A stretch of 51,875 nt of DNA, from NCBI GenBank assembly GCA_964642575.1, contig CAZXRH010000001.1, forward strand, positions 1 through 51,875, given 5' to 3'. The position numbers were made by a program, and so were the translations under genes. Source of the DNA: an uncultured Halanaerobiales bacterium (GTDB lineage: Bacteria; Bacillota; Halanaerobiia; Halanaerobiales; M55B127). Within the stretch, counting starts at the first letter, position 1. Each line of letters begins with the position of its first letter. A model generated the notes under the pieces. That model had not been told where the DNA came from, made no database searches, and saw only the letters and a program-made list of their open reading frames with translations. Positions 8,803 through 19,397 of the stretch are shown here, piece by piece.

Positions 8803-10404
8803 ATGAAGAGAATATTTGTGTATCTATTGGTGGCCTTATTATTTATTAGTGTGGCGGGTATGGGTGTAATGGCACAGGAGGAGAAAGTAATTAGAGTAGG
8901 AATGTGGAGTTCACCCGGTAATATGAGTGCAATTAATGCAGATTCAAGTTATGGATATTTTGTAGTAACCTTTGTTTATGACACTTTAGCTGAAATGCGA
9001 CCCGACTTTTCTTTTGTAGGCAGATTAGCAGAAGACTGGACAGTTTCAGAAGATGGTAAAACATTTACCTTTAATCTTAGTCCAGATGCCACCTGGCATG
9101 ATGGCACTCCTCTTACTAGTGAGGATGTACTATTTTCCATTAAAACAGTTGCATCACCCGGTGTGGAGACAAATAGAGGTAGTGCGATTAGGGCAATAGA
9201 AGGTCTAGATGGAAACGGTAAACTACCGGAAGGTGAAGAAGAAATTAGCGGTGTTGAAGTATTAGGAGATCATCAGATTGCAATTACTACTAAAACAGCT
9301 TTAGATCCGGCCCGTTTTTTAGAACAGTTTGGCACAAATTTATATATTATTCCCCAACATCTATTAGAGGGAGTAGCAGCAGAAGATCTTGCAAGATCGG
9401 AAGTGTTATTAAGTCCCACAGTAGGTAGTGGTCCCTTTAAATTTGTCAGATATGAAACTGATCAATTTATAGAACTAGCTAAAAATGAAGATTATTATGG
9501 AGAACAAGCAAAAGTAGATAAAATATTTATTAGAATTGTTGATGCAACCTCTATTGCAGCACAGTTAGTTAGAGGTGAAATAGATGTAACAGCCGGTCCA
9601 GGTATTGGTGAAATACCACTTCAGGATTGGAATCTTGTGCAAGATGCTGAGAATTTAAATACTGTAGCAGAACCAGCCTTAGGTTATCAGTTTATGCCGA
9701 TTAATAATGAGCAACCATATTTCTCAGATGTTAGAGTGAGAAGAGCTTTGCTGAAAGGTATTAACCGTAATCTAATGGCAGATCAACTATACCAGGGTGA
9801 AGCAAGAATAGCAATTGGACCGTTTTCACCAGTCATCCCATATTATAATGAAGACCTTGATCCAGTTGCTTATGATCCCGAAGGTGCTAGAGCCTTGTTA
9901 GAAGAAGCTGGTTGGGACTTTAATAGAACAATTACTCTTTTAGTTCCTACCGGTAATCAGCAGAGAGAACTATCAGCAAATATAATACAGGCAAATCTAA
10001 ATGAAATTGGTCTAGATGTCCAGATTCAACAACAGGACTTCCCATCTGTATTAAGTAAGGTCTTTTCTAAAGAATTTGACCTCACATTATTAGGATGGAC
10101 AGATACCTTTGATCCTGACCATGTAAGTTCTACTTTTAAAACCGGTGGTCAATATAACTTAACTAATTTCTCAGATGAAGTAGTAGATAATTTAATTGAA
10201 GAAGCCGGGGCAGCCAGAAACCCAGAAGTTAGAAAACAACTCTATGACGAACTGCAAGTAAAATTACAGGAACAAGTACCAGCTATTTTCCTCTACTATC
10301 CAAATATGTTAGCAGCTGTAAACAAGAGATTAGTTAATGCAGAACCTTCTATCTTCCCCTTTGAAGATAGAGCTTATGAATGGGACATTAGGGAAGGTGA
10401 ATAA
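8803..10404 (+). CDS. ABC transporter substrate-binding protein, family 5 (peptide/nickel/opine type)
   Basis: Signal peptide MKRIFVYLLVALLFISVAGMGVMAQ, with size and pattern typical of family-5 SBPs. ATG 8803 follows AAGGAGG. The ORF-track start is 8776. Confidence 0.85.
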   Translation: MKRIFVYLLVALLFISVAGMGVMAQEEKVIRVGMWSSPGNMSAINADSSYGYFVVTFVYDTLAEMRPDFSFVGRLAEDWTVSEDGKTFTFNLSPDATWHDGTPLTSEDVLFSIKTVASPGVETNRGSAIRAIEGLDGNGKLPEGEEEISGVEVLGDHQIAITTKTALDPARFLEQFGTNLYIIPQHLLEGVAAEDLARSEVLLSPTVGSGPFKFVRYETDQFIELAKNEDYYGEQAKVDKIFIRIVDATSIAAQLVRGEIDVTAGPGIGEIPLQDWNLVQDAENLNTVAEPALGYQFMPINNEQPYFSDVRVRRALLKGINRNLMADQLYQGEARIAIGPFSPVIPYYNEDLDPVAYDPEGARALLEEAGWDFNRTITLLVPTGNQQRELSANIIQANLNEIGLDVQIQQQDFPSVLSKVFSKEFDLTLLGWTDTFDPDHVSSTFKTGGQYNLTNFSDEVVDNLIEEAGAARNPEVRKQLYDELQVKLQEQVPAIFLYYPNMLAAVNKRLVNAEPSIFPFEDRAYEWDIREGE

Positions 10405-10406
10405 AA

Positions 10407-11828
10407 GTGTCAGAAAATAAATCAGTAGATAACATTCAAAAAGTAGAACAGCATTTAATAGATCACTTTGATGACAACTTAGAAAAAGTGAGAGAGTTTT
10501 TAAGACATCCCAGTGTAAGTTATACCGGGGAAGGTATCAAAGAAACTGCTGAGCGAATAAAAGGAATGATTGAAGATCTCGGTGGGCAGGCTGAAGTAAT
10601 AAAAACAGAAGGTCACCCCATTGTTTTCGGAAGATTGGACCAAAAAGCAGATAAAACAGTCATGGTATATAGTATGTATGATGTAATGCCGGCTGATGAA
10701 CCTGATTGGTCTGTTGACCCTTGGGCAGCTGAAATCAAAGATCTACCCAAGTTAGGTAAATCAATTGTAGCCAGAGGTGCAGTTAATACAAAAGGCCCTC
10801 TGGCAGCCTTCTTTTGTTCAATTGAAGCTTATTTAAATTCAGTTGGTAAGTTACCAGTTAATTTAGTCTTTGCCATTGAAGGAGAAGAAGAGATGGGCAG
10901 CCGTAACTTTGTGCCTTTTGTGAAAGATAATTTAGATAAGTTAGAAGATGTAGATGTTGTATTATTTCCTTTCTTCAGTGAAAATGAAAAGGGTATACCT
11001 TACATGACTTTAGGTACCAAAGGAATTTTATACTTTGAATTAGAAGCTAGAGGTGGCAAATGGGGTGGACCAACTGAAAGAGGTATCCACGGTTCCTATA
11101 ATGCCTGGGTTAAAAATCCGATCTGGCGGCTTGTCCAGGCTGTCAGCACTTTTACGGACCAGGATGAAAATATTGAAGTTGAAGGTTTTTTTGAAAATGT
11201 AGATCCTTTACCAGAAGAAGAGTTACAGTTGATACGTAAACAGGTTAAATCAGGATTAATGGATGAAGCGACCTTTATGGAATATGACAATGTAGAAAAG
11301 TTCAAAGATGGATTAAGAGGTTTTCCACTCTGGAAGAGGTTGTTTAGTCAACCACAATTTAATATTGATGGAATTGTAGGTGGTTATACCGGTGAAGGTA
11401 CGAAAACACTTTTACCACATAAAGCTACAATAAAGATGGATGTTAGAATGGTTCCCTCAATGGAGCCGGACCGGGTTGTTGAAGTAATCAGAAATCATCT
11501 TGATAACCATGGTTTTGAAGATATCAAGATGAATGTTTTAAATAAGTATTACTGGTCTAAGTTAAGTTTACAAGAAGCTTCAGTCCAGGCTATGTTAAAA
11601 GTCTATGACACCATGGACAAAAAAGCAATCATATGGCCTGTAAATCCCGGTTCTGCTCCATATTACGTATTTGAAAGAATCATGGGAGTTCCTTATGTCA
11701 CTGGTGGCCTTGGTCATGGTAGTAGGCAGCATTCTAATGATGAATATTGTACAGTCCAGGGTTTACTTGACTTTGAAATATCAATTGCAAGATGGTTAAA
11801 TAACTATGTTGAACTCACAAAAGAATAA
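10407..11828 (+). CDS. M20 family metallopeptidase (dipeptidase-like)
   Basis: 473 aa. Motifs YSMYDVMPAD, RGAVNTKGP and IEGEEEMGS. GTG start follows GAAGGTGA. Confidence 0.8.
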   Translation: MSENKSVDNIQKVEQHLIDHFDDNLEKVREFLRHPSVSYTGEGIKETAERIKGMIEDLGGQAEVIKTEGHPIVFGRLDQKADKTVMVYSMYDVMPADEPDWSVDPWAAEIKDLPKLGKSIVARGAVNTKGPLAAFFCSIEAYLNSVGKLPVNLVFAIEGEEEMGSRNFVPFVKDNLDKLEDVDVVLFPFFSENEKGIPYMTLGTKGILYFELEARGGKWGGPTERGIHGSYNAWVKNPIWRLVQAVSTFTDQDENIEVEGFFENVDPLPEEELQLIRKQVKSGLMDEATFMEYDNVEKFKDGLRGFPLWKRLFSQPQFNIDGIVGGYTGEGTKTLLPHKATIKMDVRMVPSMEPDRVVEVIRNHLDNHGFEDIKMNVLNKYYWSKLSLQEASVQAMLKVYDTMDKKAIIWPVNPGSAPYYVFERIMGVPYVTGGLGHGSRQHSNDEYCTVQGLLDFEISIARWLNNYVELTKE

Positions 11829-11841
11829 TAAATCTTGATCT

Positions 11842-11923
11842 AAAGCCTCCTTTGTAAGGTTGTACTTTAATAATTTAAAGGTTGGAAATATCAATTTTTA
11901 AAGTACAACCCCAGGGAGGTTTT
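11842..11923 (+). terminator. long two-tier hairpin (probable terminator/attenuator) between the M20 gene and M19 paralog 3
   Basis: Inner 13-bp stem GGTTGTACTTTAA / TTAAAGTACAACC (11858-11870 / 11898-11910). Outer stem AAAGCCTCC / GGAGGTTT has one bulge and is followed by TTT. Confidence 0.5.
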
Positions 11924-11971
11924 AATCGTTATCATATTTTTAAAATTTATTAAAAAGAAAGGTGATTATTA

Positions 11972-13174
11972 ATGAATAAGAAAAAATATAATGGCTATAA
12001 ATCCTATCAGTATCTTGCAGCCGGTAAAGATTACAAAGCTTTTAATCTAGCCCAACAGATTAATAGAGTACCTTCTTACCAAATGGATTTAAGTAAAGAT
12101 GAAAAAGAACGGGTTGAAAACATTTTTAATAATAGCTTAATAATATCTGCTCATGAACACCCCCGTATTTTACCGGATGATATCGGTGAATTAACTGAAA
12201 TGAACTCGCTTGGCCGGGAATATACTGGATATGAGGGGCTAGCAGCTTCCGGTATGGACGCGGTCTTTGATAATTTTTTGGATGGTTCCTGTATAATTAC
12301 TTCAAAAAACGGCTGGAAGTGGAATGATATTTTATATAACCTGGGAATGAAGTACTGTGATATTGCGCATCAAGATATGTATGTAAGAGCCGAAACAGTA
12401 GAAGATATTAAAAAAGCAAAAGCCAATCAACAAATCGCTCTAGTACCTTCCTTAGAATCCTCTACTATGATTGAAAATGAACTGGATCGAATTGATATTC
12501 TTTATGGTTTTGGTATAAGGTGTATGGGCATTGTCTATAGTGAATCAAATAGCTTAGGAACTGGATTGCGAGAAGATAGAGATGGAGGACTTACCAAGTT
12601 TGGTAAAAAGGCAGTAGAGCGAATGAATAAAATTGGAATGGCTATTGATGTTTCACATGCCAGTGATCAAACCTGTCTTGATGTGATTGAAGCCAGTGAA
12701 TATCCTATTTTTATTAACCATGCAGGTGCTCGCAGTCTCTGGAATATAAATAGGCTTAAACCAGATGAAGTTATTAAAGCCTGTGCTAAAAAGGGAGGCG
12801 TAATTGCAGTAGAAGCTGCACCCCATACCACGATTACTGAAAAACATCCTAAACACAGTTTAGAATCAGTTATGGAACACTTTGAATATATTGTTGATTT
12901 AGTTGGAATAGATCATGTTACCTTTGGTCCTGATACTAATTTTGGTGATCATGTAGCTTTACATGATGAATTTAGAAAGTTTTTATCAATAGATGAGATG
13001 AAAAAAGATACTCCACCACATGAGAAAGTGGATTATGTGGCAGGTTTAGAAAACCCTTCTGAAAATTTCCATAATATAGTCAGTTGGTTGGTAAAACATA
13101 ATTATAGTAATCAGGAAATTGAAAAGGTAGTTGGTGGTAATACTATCAGGTTATTAGAAGAAGTGTGGATTTGA
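11972..13174 (+). CDS. M19-like metallodipeptidase, paralog 3
   Basis: 400 aa, collinear with the other two. Motifs HEHP, IENELDRIDILYGFG, IDVSHAS, INHAGARSL, FGPD. Confidence 0.85.
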   Translation: MNKKKYNGYKSYQYLAAGKDYKAFNLAQQINRVPSYQMDLSKDEKERVENIFNNSLIISAHEHPRILPDDIGELTEMNSLGREYTGYEGLAASGMDAVFDNFLDGSCIITSKNGWKWNDILYNLGMKYCDIAHQDMYVRAETVEDIKKAKANQQIALVPSLESSTMIENELDRIDILYGFGIRCMGIVYSESNSLGTGLREDRDGGLTKFGKKAVERMNKIGMAIDVSHASDQTCLDVIEASEYPIFINHAGARSLWNINRLKPDEVIKACAKKGGVIAVEAAPHTTITEKHPKHSLESVMEHFEYIVDLVGIDHVTFGPDTNFGDHVALHDEFRKFLSIDEMKKDTPPHEKVDYVAGLENPSENFHNIVSWLVKHNYSNQEIEKVVGGNTIRLLEEVWI

Positions 13175-13311
13175 AAATTTAAGGATAATAAATTGATATT
13201 TTACTTAAAAAATAGAAGGAACATGTAACAATACTCTTGAATTGAAACCTATATAATACACTTTATTTTTACATTTAATTATTGAGGATAGATAATTTTT
13301 AAAAGAAAGGG

Positions 13312-14496
13312 TTGTTTAATTTGCAGGCATATACAAATTTAAATCTTTTAGATGTCAAAAATGAAGTTTTAATTAATGATGCAGTCATTATAGTTCAAGA
13401 AGGCAGATTTAAAAATATTGGTCAAAGTATACAAATACCGAAAGATGCGGAAGTAACTGATTTACAAGGAAAAACTGTTATACCTGGTTTAATAGATGCT
13501 CATATCCATTCTATATTAGATGCTTCTGCTAACCCTGAAAAGAATTTAATAGAGGAAAATGATGCCCTGACAATAATCAAAGCCCAAAAAGCTCTAGAAA
13601 AAACATTAAAGGCAGGTATAACATATGTTAGAGATTTAGGTGGTGCCAAGTATTTGGACTTAGGTTTAAGAGATGCTGTAAAGAAAGGTCTAGTTAAAGG
13701 TCCAAGAATACAGGTGGCCGGCAAGATGATAACTATGACCGGTGGTCATGGCTATAAGATGGGCAGAGAAGTTGATGGAACTGCAGAAGCCAGAAAAGCA
13801 GCTAGAGAACAGCTAAAAGCAGGTGTTGATATTGTAAAAATTATGGCGACAGGGGGAGTAATGACAGAAGGGGTAGAACCGGGTTCACCCCAACTTTCCT
13901 TAGAAGAAATTAAAGCTGCAGTAGAAGAAGCTCATAAAGCCGGACGTAAGACAGCTTCACATGCACAGGGGACAATAGGTATTCAAAATGCAGTTAAAGC
14001 CGGCATAGATTCAATTGAACATGGTATTTTTCTTGATCAGGAAACAGTTGATCTAATGAGAACTCACGATACCTTTCTGGTAGCAACATTAACAGCCCCT
14101 TATTGGATTGTTGAAAAAGGTGTTGAAAACGGAGTTCCCGAATTTGCAGTTAAAAAGTCCGAACAGATTATAAAAAGCCATTGTGAAAGCTTTAAGTTAG
14201 CATTAGATAATAATATCAAAATTGCTATGGGGACAGATGCAGGTACTCCATTTAACGAACATGGGAAAAACACTTATGAACTTAAATTGATGGTTGAAGC
14301 TGGGATGAGTTCCATGCAGGCTATTAAAGCAGCGACTTTAGGTGGGGCCGAGCTCCTAGATATAACTGAAGACTTTGGATCGATTGAAAAAGGCAAAGTT
14401 GCTGATATGGTAGTAATTAATGGGAATCCTCTTGATAGAATTGAAGATGTTTTTAAAATTGCATCAGTAATTAAGGCGGGGGAAGTTGTAGTTTGA
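13312..14496 (+). CDS. amidohydrolase superfamily protein (imidazolonepropionase/prolidase-like subgroup)
   Basis: Motifs PGLIDAHIH (HxH), KIMATGGV, SHAQG, IEHG and GTDAG. The start is ambiguous between TTG 13312 and TTG 13321. Confidence 0.8.
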   Translation: MFNLQAYTNLNLLDVKNEVLINDAVIIVQEGRFKNIGQSIQIPKDAEVTDLQGKTVIPGLIDAHIHSILDASANPEKNLIEENDALTIIKAQKALEKTLKAGITYVRDLGGAKYLDLGLRDAVKKGLVKGPRIQVAGKMITMTGGHGYKMGREVDGTAEARKAAREQLKAGVDIVKIMATGGVMTEGVEPGSPQLSLEEIKAAVEEAHKAGRKTASHAQGTIGIQNAVKAGIDSIEHGIFLDQETVDLMRTHDTFLVATLTAPYWIVEKGVENGVPEFAVKKSEQIIKSHCESFKLALDNNIKIAMGTDAGTPFNEHGKNTYELKLMVEAGMSSMQAIKAATLGGAELLDITEDFGSIEKGKVADMVVINGNPLDRIEDVFKIASVIKAGEVVV

Positions 14497-14653
14497 TTTA
14501 TGTATGTAAAATTTCTGTTAATATCAATCTAATTTAAAGGGTTAACCCTAGACTTTGCGAATATAATAAATAATCATTAAGTTTGCTATACTTAAAAAAA
14601 TACTAAAATTTAAAACATAAAATAAAAAACATATAAATAATGGAGTGTTTAAA

Positions 14654-16714
14654 GTGTCCAAAAAAAGTTTAACAATAATATCAAAATCAGTTAATACAGC
14701 TGATTTTTTAATGTCTACATTAAAAGAACTCTTTGAAGATGATATCACTATCAGTAATTATGCTTTTGAAAGGGATAAACTTAAAAACCCACTCAAGGCT
14801 GATATGTTTTTAGTACCGGATAGGACAATTTTTGAAGAGGCCAATAAATATGTAAAGTCTGGTAAAGAAATTAGAGTTATTAAACGTACTTTAACTAAAA
14901 CCGGTTTTAATAAATTGATGGAGATTGAACCGGGGACCAAAGCCATGTTGGTTAATGTTAATGCCAATATGGCAATTGATACAATTTCTTTAATTAGTCA
15001 ATTAGGTGCTCGTAATTTAGATTTAAAACCTGTTTTTCCAGGTATTAATAATATTCCGGATTTGGATTTAGCAATAACCCCGGGGGAAGAAAAGTATGTA
15101 CCATCAAATGTAAAAAAGGTGATTAATATTGGTGATCGAGTACCTGGGATCAGTACTATCATGGATATTATCATCAAATTCCAATTAAATCATCTGATGT
15201 CTTCTCCTAAAATCATCAACTATTTTAACAATATTGTACCAATAAGTTTTGGTCTAGAAAAGATTCTAGGTAAGACCAATAGCTTAGAAGGGCAGCTTGA
15301 TATGATCTCTAAACTACTTGAGGTAGGGGTTTTAGGAATCAACAAAAAGGGAATTATTAATTCTGTTAATGAAAATGCTTTACAGATAATAAATAAAAGG
15401 GAAAATGAATTAATTGGCCGGCAAGCAGCTAAAATATTTAAAAATATACAATTTCCAAAAGTATTGCATTCTGCTGATTCTATAAAAGAAAAAATAGTTA
15501 AAGTTGATGGGACAGATATTGTGCTAAGTGTGAATCCTGTTAAAAATTTAGGTGAAGCATATGGGGCTGTCGCTATAATTAAAAAATTTAGTGATACTGA
15601 AAAGAGACAGCAAAAATTAAGGGCTCAGCTAATACATAAAGGCCATGTTGCTAAATATACTTTTGCTGATATAACCGGTAAAAGCAAAAAGTTAGAGAAA
15701 TGTAAAAAGATCGCTAAAAGGATGGCCAAATCAGAGTCTACCATTCTACTAACGGGTGAAAGTGGTACTGGTAAAGAGTTATTTGCTCAGGCTATTCATA
15801 ATACTTCAACTCGTAAAAACGCCCAGTTTGTAGCAGTCAACTGTGCAGCTTTACCGGAAAATCTTTTGGAAAGTGAGCTCTTTGGTTATGCAGAAGGTGC
15901 TTTTACCGGAGCAAAAAAAGACGGGAAACCGGGCTTATTTGAATTAGCCCATAAAGGGACATTGCTTTTAGATGAAATTGGCGAAATACCATTAGAATTA
16001 CAGGCTCGCCTTTTAAGGGTCTTAGAAGAGAGAGAAGTCATGCGGATTGGTGGAGAAAGAGTCATCAATGTTGATGTAAGAATCATTGCTGCCTCAAACC
16101 GCGACCTATATGAATTAATGCAGGAAAATGAATTTAGGGAAGATCTTTACTATCGCTTAAGTATTTTGCCTTTAAGAATTCCACCTTTAAGAGAAAGAAA
16201 AGAAGATATATTACCCTTAATTGAAGAATTTAAAAAAGAGTTTGAATCTGAATTTGTACTTTCAGATGCAATTAAAGATAGATTTTTAAAGCATCAATGG
16301 AACGGTAATGTGAGAGAACTAAGAAATTATATTGAATACCTATCAAACTTAAAAAAACATAATATAACTTTAGAAGACCTACCATTTACTATGAACAAAG
16401 AAAAAAATCGATATCAAAAAGGTGAAGATGAAATATTAGTTGAAAGATTAGCTAATACAACTGACAAATGTATAGAAGATTATACTTTTGTCCTTTCGGT
16501 TTTAAATGATAAGTATAATAATAATGAAAGATGTGGCCGGCGGAGTTTATCAGAAGCTGCTGCAAAAGAGGGAGTATTTTTAAGTGAACAGGAAATAAGG
16601 AGTATTTTGAAGACACTTAGTGCTCATAATTTAGTTAATATAAAAAGAGGACGGGCTGGTACCACAATAACTGAACGAGGCAAAAGAATATTAAAGATTC
16701 TTAAAATGGGTTAA
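14654..16714 (+). CDS. sigma-54-dependent transcriptional activator (EBP), paralog B
   Basis: Motifs [26 protein letters not shown] and GNVRELRN. Same domain order as 604..2634. GTG 14654 lies 8 nt after GGAG. The ORF-track start is 14645. Confidence 0.9.
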   Translation: MSKKSLTIISKSVNTADFLMSTLKELFEDDITISNYAFERDKLKNPLKADMFLVPDRTIFEEANKYVKSGKEIRVIKRTLTKTGFNKLMEIEPGTKAMLVNVNANMAIDTISLISQLGARNLDLKPVFPGINNIPDLDLAITPGEEKYVPSNVKKVINIGDRVPGISTIMDIIIKFQLNHLMSSPKIINYFNNIVPISFGLEKILGKTNSLEGQLDMISKLLEVGVLGINKKGIINSVNENALQIINKRENELIGRQAAKIFKNIQFPKVLHSADSIKEKIVKVDGTDIVLSVNPVKNLGEAYGAVAIIKKFSDTEKRQQKLRAQLIHKGHVAKYTFADITGKSKKLEKCKKIAKRMAKSESTILLTGESGTGKELFAQAIHNTSTRKNAQFVAVNCAALPENLLESELFGYAEGAFTGAKKDGKPGLFELAHKGTLLLDEIGEIPLELQARLLRVLEEREVMRIGGERVINVDVRIIAASNRDLYELMQENEFREDLYYRLSILPLRIPPLRERKEDILPLIEEFKKEFESEFVLSDAIKDRFLKHQWNGNVRELRNYIEYLSNLKKHNITLEDLPFTMNKEKNRYQKGEDEILVERLANTTDKCIEDYTFVLSVLNDKYNNNERCGRRSLSEAAAKEGVFLSEQEIRSILKTLSAHNLVNIKRGRAGTTITERGKRILKILKMG

Positions 16715-16883
16715 AAGGGATGTTTTAATAACCCCTTTTAACCCTTAAAGTATATAATAAGCTTTTTATCAGATATATTATTTGTTTTTATAAGTTATAG
16801 TTCAATTTAATTATTACTTATAATAACTGTTATAGCAATGATTTCAAAAAAATATTTTTAAAAATCATAAATATCCTCCTGTA

Positions 16884-16900
16884 TGGTATAGAAGTTGCAC
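16884..16900 (+). promoter_or_regulatory. sigma-54 (-24/-12) promoter for the module B operon
   Basis: TGGTAT-AGAAG-TTGCA has exact -24 GG / -12 GC spacing. It lies about 50 nt upstream of the 16948 start. Confidence 0.8.
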
Positions 16901-16947
16901 TATATTAAAGGTGTGCATCATATTATTAATGTAACAGGAGGAGACCG

Positions 16948-17691
16948 ATGACTGTAAAGATTGGCATATCGACATATTATGTAAAAAGTGAAGAAATAAA
17001 TAATCCGCAACTGAGAGGATTACCAGGGCAAAATTTAGTAGTATCTACCATGGATTACTCAACAGCGGTCAGTGAAGCCGGTGGCCTACCATTACCGATT
17101 CCCCTTATTGATAATAGTGATTATATTAGTGAGGTAGTAAAGGAGTCTGATGGATTTATTATTGCGGGTGGATCAGATGTAAATCCCATGCATTATGAGA
17201 GCCCTGTTTATCAGGGTTTAAAAACTGTCAATACAGAACGTGACAAATTTGAACTTAAACTTATTGATGAAATAGTTAAACAAAAGAAACCAATCTTAGG
17301 AATCTGTAGGGGCCTACATTTGCTTAATGTCTATTTCGGAGGTACACTATATCAGGATATAAATAGTAGTGGACTGACAAACCAGGAACACTTCTGTAAA
17401 ATGATGCCGAAATACAGTCCAGCCCATACAGTAGAAATCTCTAAAAAAAGTAAGCTGTATGGATTATTAAATAAAGAAAACCTAGTTGTAAACAGTTACC
17501 ATCATCAGGCGATAAATAAATTGGGTAATAATCTTGAGATCATGGGCAAAGCTAAAGATGGGATCATAGAATCATTTGAGCATAGAGCATATCCCTTTTT
17601 ATTAGCGGTCCAGTGGCATCCCGAGATGATGGCCGAGCATTATATAGAACAACTGAAAATATTTGAATTGTTAGTACAAGCATGTAATTAA
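16948..17691 (+). CDS. peptidase C26 / class-I glutamine amidotransferase-like gamma-glutamyl hydrolase (PuuD-like)
   Basis: Motifs GICRGLHLLNV (nucleophile Cys) and VQWHPE (His/Glu). 247 aa. AGGAGGAG RBS. Confidence 0.85.
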   Translation: MTVKIGISTYYVKSEEINNPQLRGLPGQNLVVSTMDYSTAVSEAGGLPLPIPLIDNSDYISEVVKESDGFIIAGGSDVNPMHYESPVYQGLKTVNTERDKFELKLIDEIVKQKKPILGICRGLHLLNVYFGGTLYQDINSSGLTNQEHFCKMMPKYSPAHTVEISKKSKLYGLLNKENLVVNSYHHQAINKLGNNLEIMGKAKDGIIESFEHRAYPFLLAVQWHPEMMAEHYIEQLKIFELLVQACN

Positions 17692-17782
17692 AAATTAAAT
17701 ATGATTTTTGAACAACAGGTCTGTTTTTAATCTTCTAATATGAATAGAAGATTGATATAAAATAAGAGGAGGAGAGAAGTAT

Positions 17783-19330
17783 ATGCACAAAAAAGTAGTA
17801 ATTTTATTGTCTGTTGTATTTTTATTTGTCTTTGTATTTAGTTCTTTAAGTCTGGCCCAAGAAGATGAGATAACGATTGGTATTGCTAATGATGCCCTTT
17901 ATTTAGACCCTCATCAACAAAATGAGACCACAACTAATATGCTGTGTGCTCATATCTTTGATTCTTTAGTTCATTATACCGAAGAGTTAGAAGTAATCCC
18001 CGGTTTGGCTAAAAATTGGGTAAGATATAATGACACAGAATGGGTTTTTCAACTGGAAGAGGGAGTCGAATTTCATAATGGTAATGCTTTTACAGCTGAA
18101 GATGTAGCTTATTCCATTGACCGAGTAAGAGGTACAATCATTGCGAACATAGTTTCAAATATTGATACAGTTGATGTTATTGATGATTATACGGTTAAAA
18201 TTGTAACCACAAAACCTTATGCTGTATTGTTACGTGATTTAGAAAAAGTAAAAATTGTAGATAAAGATTATGTAGAGGAAGTTGGAGACGAAACATTGAA
18301 TGTTAAACCGGTTGGTACTGGTCCATATAAATTAGTAGAATGGATAAAAGCTGACCATATTACATTAGAAGCCAACCAAGACTATTGGGGTGAAGTACCT
18401 GAAATAGAAAATGTTGAATTTAGACCAATTACTAACAATGCAACTAGAACAGCAGCCTTATTAAGTGGAGATGTTGACTTTATTAATGCGGTTCCGGTAA
18501 GAGATGCGGAAAGAATTGCAAATAATGATGACCTAGATTTAATTAAAAAGCCCAGCTTGAGATTAATTTATCTACATTTAGATGGTTGGAGAGATAAGTC
18601 TCCTACAATTGATTTACCTGAAAACCCATTACAGGATTTAAGAGTAAGACAGGCTATCTATTATGGTATTAATGTAGAGGCAATTGTTGAATTTACTATG
18701 AACGGGCATGCCTATCCAGCTGAACAGTATGTACAGTCCACACACTTAGGTTATGTAGAGGGAGTAGAAAGATATCCCTATGATCCAGAAAAAGCACGTG
18801 AACTCCTAGCTGAAGCTGGTTATCCTAATGGATTTACCGTTACTTTAGATTCACCTAATGATAGATATGTTAATGATGCTCAGGTTGCACAGGCTATTGC
18901 CAGTCAATTATCAAAAATAGGTATCAATATAGAATTAAATTTAATGCCTAAATCCCTATTCTTTGATTATGTAAGACCTGGAGATAAATCAAGTATTGTA
19001 ATGTCAGGTTGGTCAGCCACCTCTGGTGGAGCCGGACGGATGTATGAAGTATTCTTAGTCACTAGAGATGAATACGAAGGATTGGGCGGCTCAAATAGAG
19101 GCCATTATAATAATCCCGAATTTGATCAGGCTGTAATTAATGCCAGTTCAACTGCTAGTATAGAAGAAAGAGATGAGTATTTACAGAAAGCAACTCAAAT
19201 AGCTTTAGATGATCTAGCTTTGATACCTTTATACTATCAAGAAGATCTCTTAGCTAAAAAAGATTTTGTAAGCTATACTCCTCGCGTAGATAACTATATA
19301 CTTGCTTCTGAAATGAGTCTCAGCCAATAA
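17783..19330 (+). CDS. ABC transporter substrate-binding protein, family 5
   Basis: Signal peptide, 515 aa, family-5 SBP pattern. GAGGAGGAG RBS. Confidence 0.85.
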   Translation: MHKKVVILLSVVFLFVFVFSSLSLAQEDEITIGIANDALYLDPHQQNETTTNMLCAHIFDSLVHYTEELEVIPGLAKNWVRYNDTEWVFQLEEGVEFHNGNAFTAEDVAYSIDRVRGTIIANIVSNIDTVDVIDDYTVKIVTTKPYAVLLRDLEKVKIVDKDYVEEVGDETLNVKPVGTGPYKLVEWIKADHITLEANQDYWGEVPEIENVEFRPITNNATRTAALLSGDVDFINAVPVRDAERIANNDDLDLIKKPSLRLIYLHLDGWRDKSPTIDLPENPLQDLRVRQAIYYGINVEAIVEFTMNGHAYPAEQYVQSTHLGYVEGVERYPYDPEKARELLAEAGYPNGFTVTLDSPNDRYVNDAQVAQAIASQLSKIGINIELNLMPKSLFFDYVRPGDKSSIVMSGWSATSGGAGRMYEVFLVTRDEYEGLGGSNRGHYNNPEFDQAVINASSTASIEERDEYLQKATQIALDDLALIPLYYQEDLLAKKDFVSYTPRVDNYILASEMSLSQ

Positions 19331-19340
19331 GGAGATACTA

Positions 19341-19366
19341 AAGGGAGGGTAATACCTCCCTTTTCT
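19341..19366 (+). terminator. hairpin attenuator/terminator after the SBP gene
   Basis: AAGGGAGG-gtaata-CCTCCCTT followed by TTCT. This is the usual position for a partial terminator that raises SBP stoichiometry. Confidence 0.6.
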
Positions 19367-19397
19367 ATCTAGTTTTAGATGGGAGGATAGAAGATAA

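Noticed and set aside
14548-14748. ORF 14548..14748 (-)
   Set aside because: It spans the promoter and 5' end of regulator B on the opposite strand, and it is AT-rich noise.
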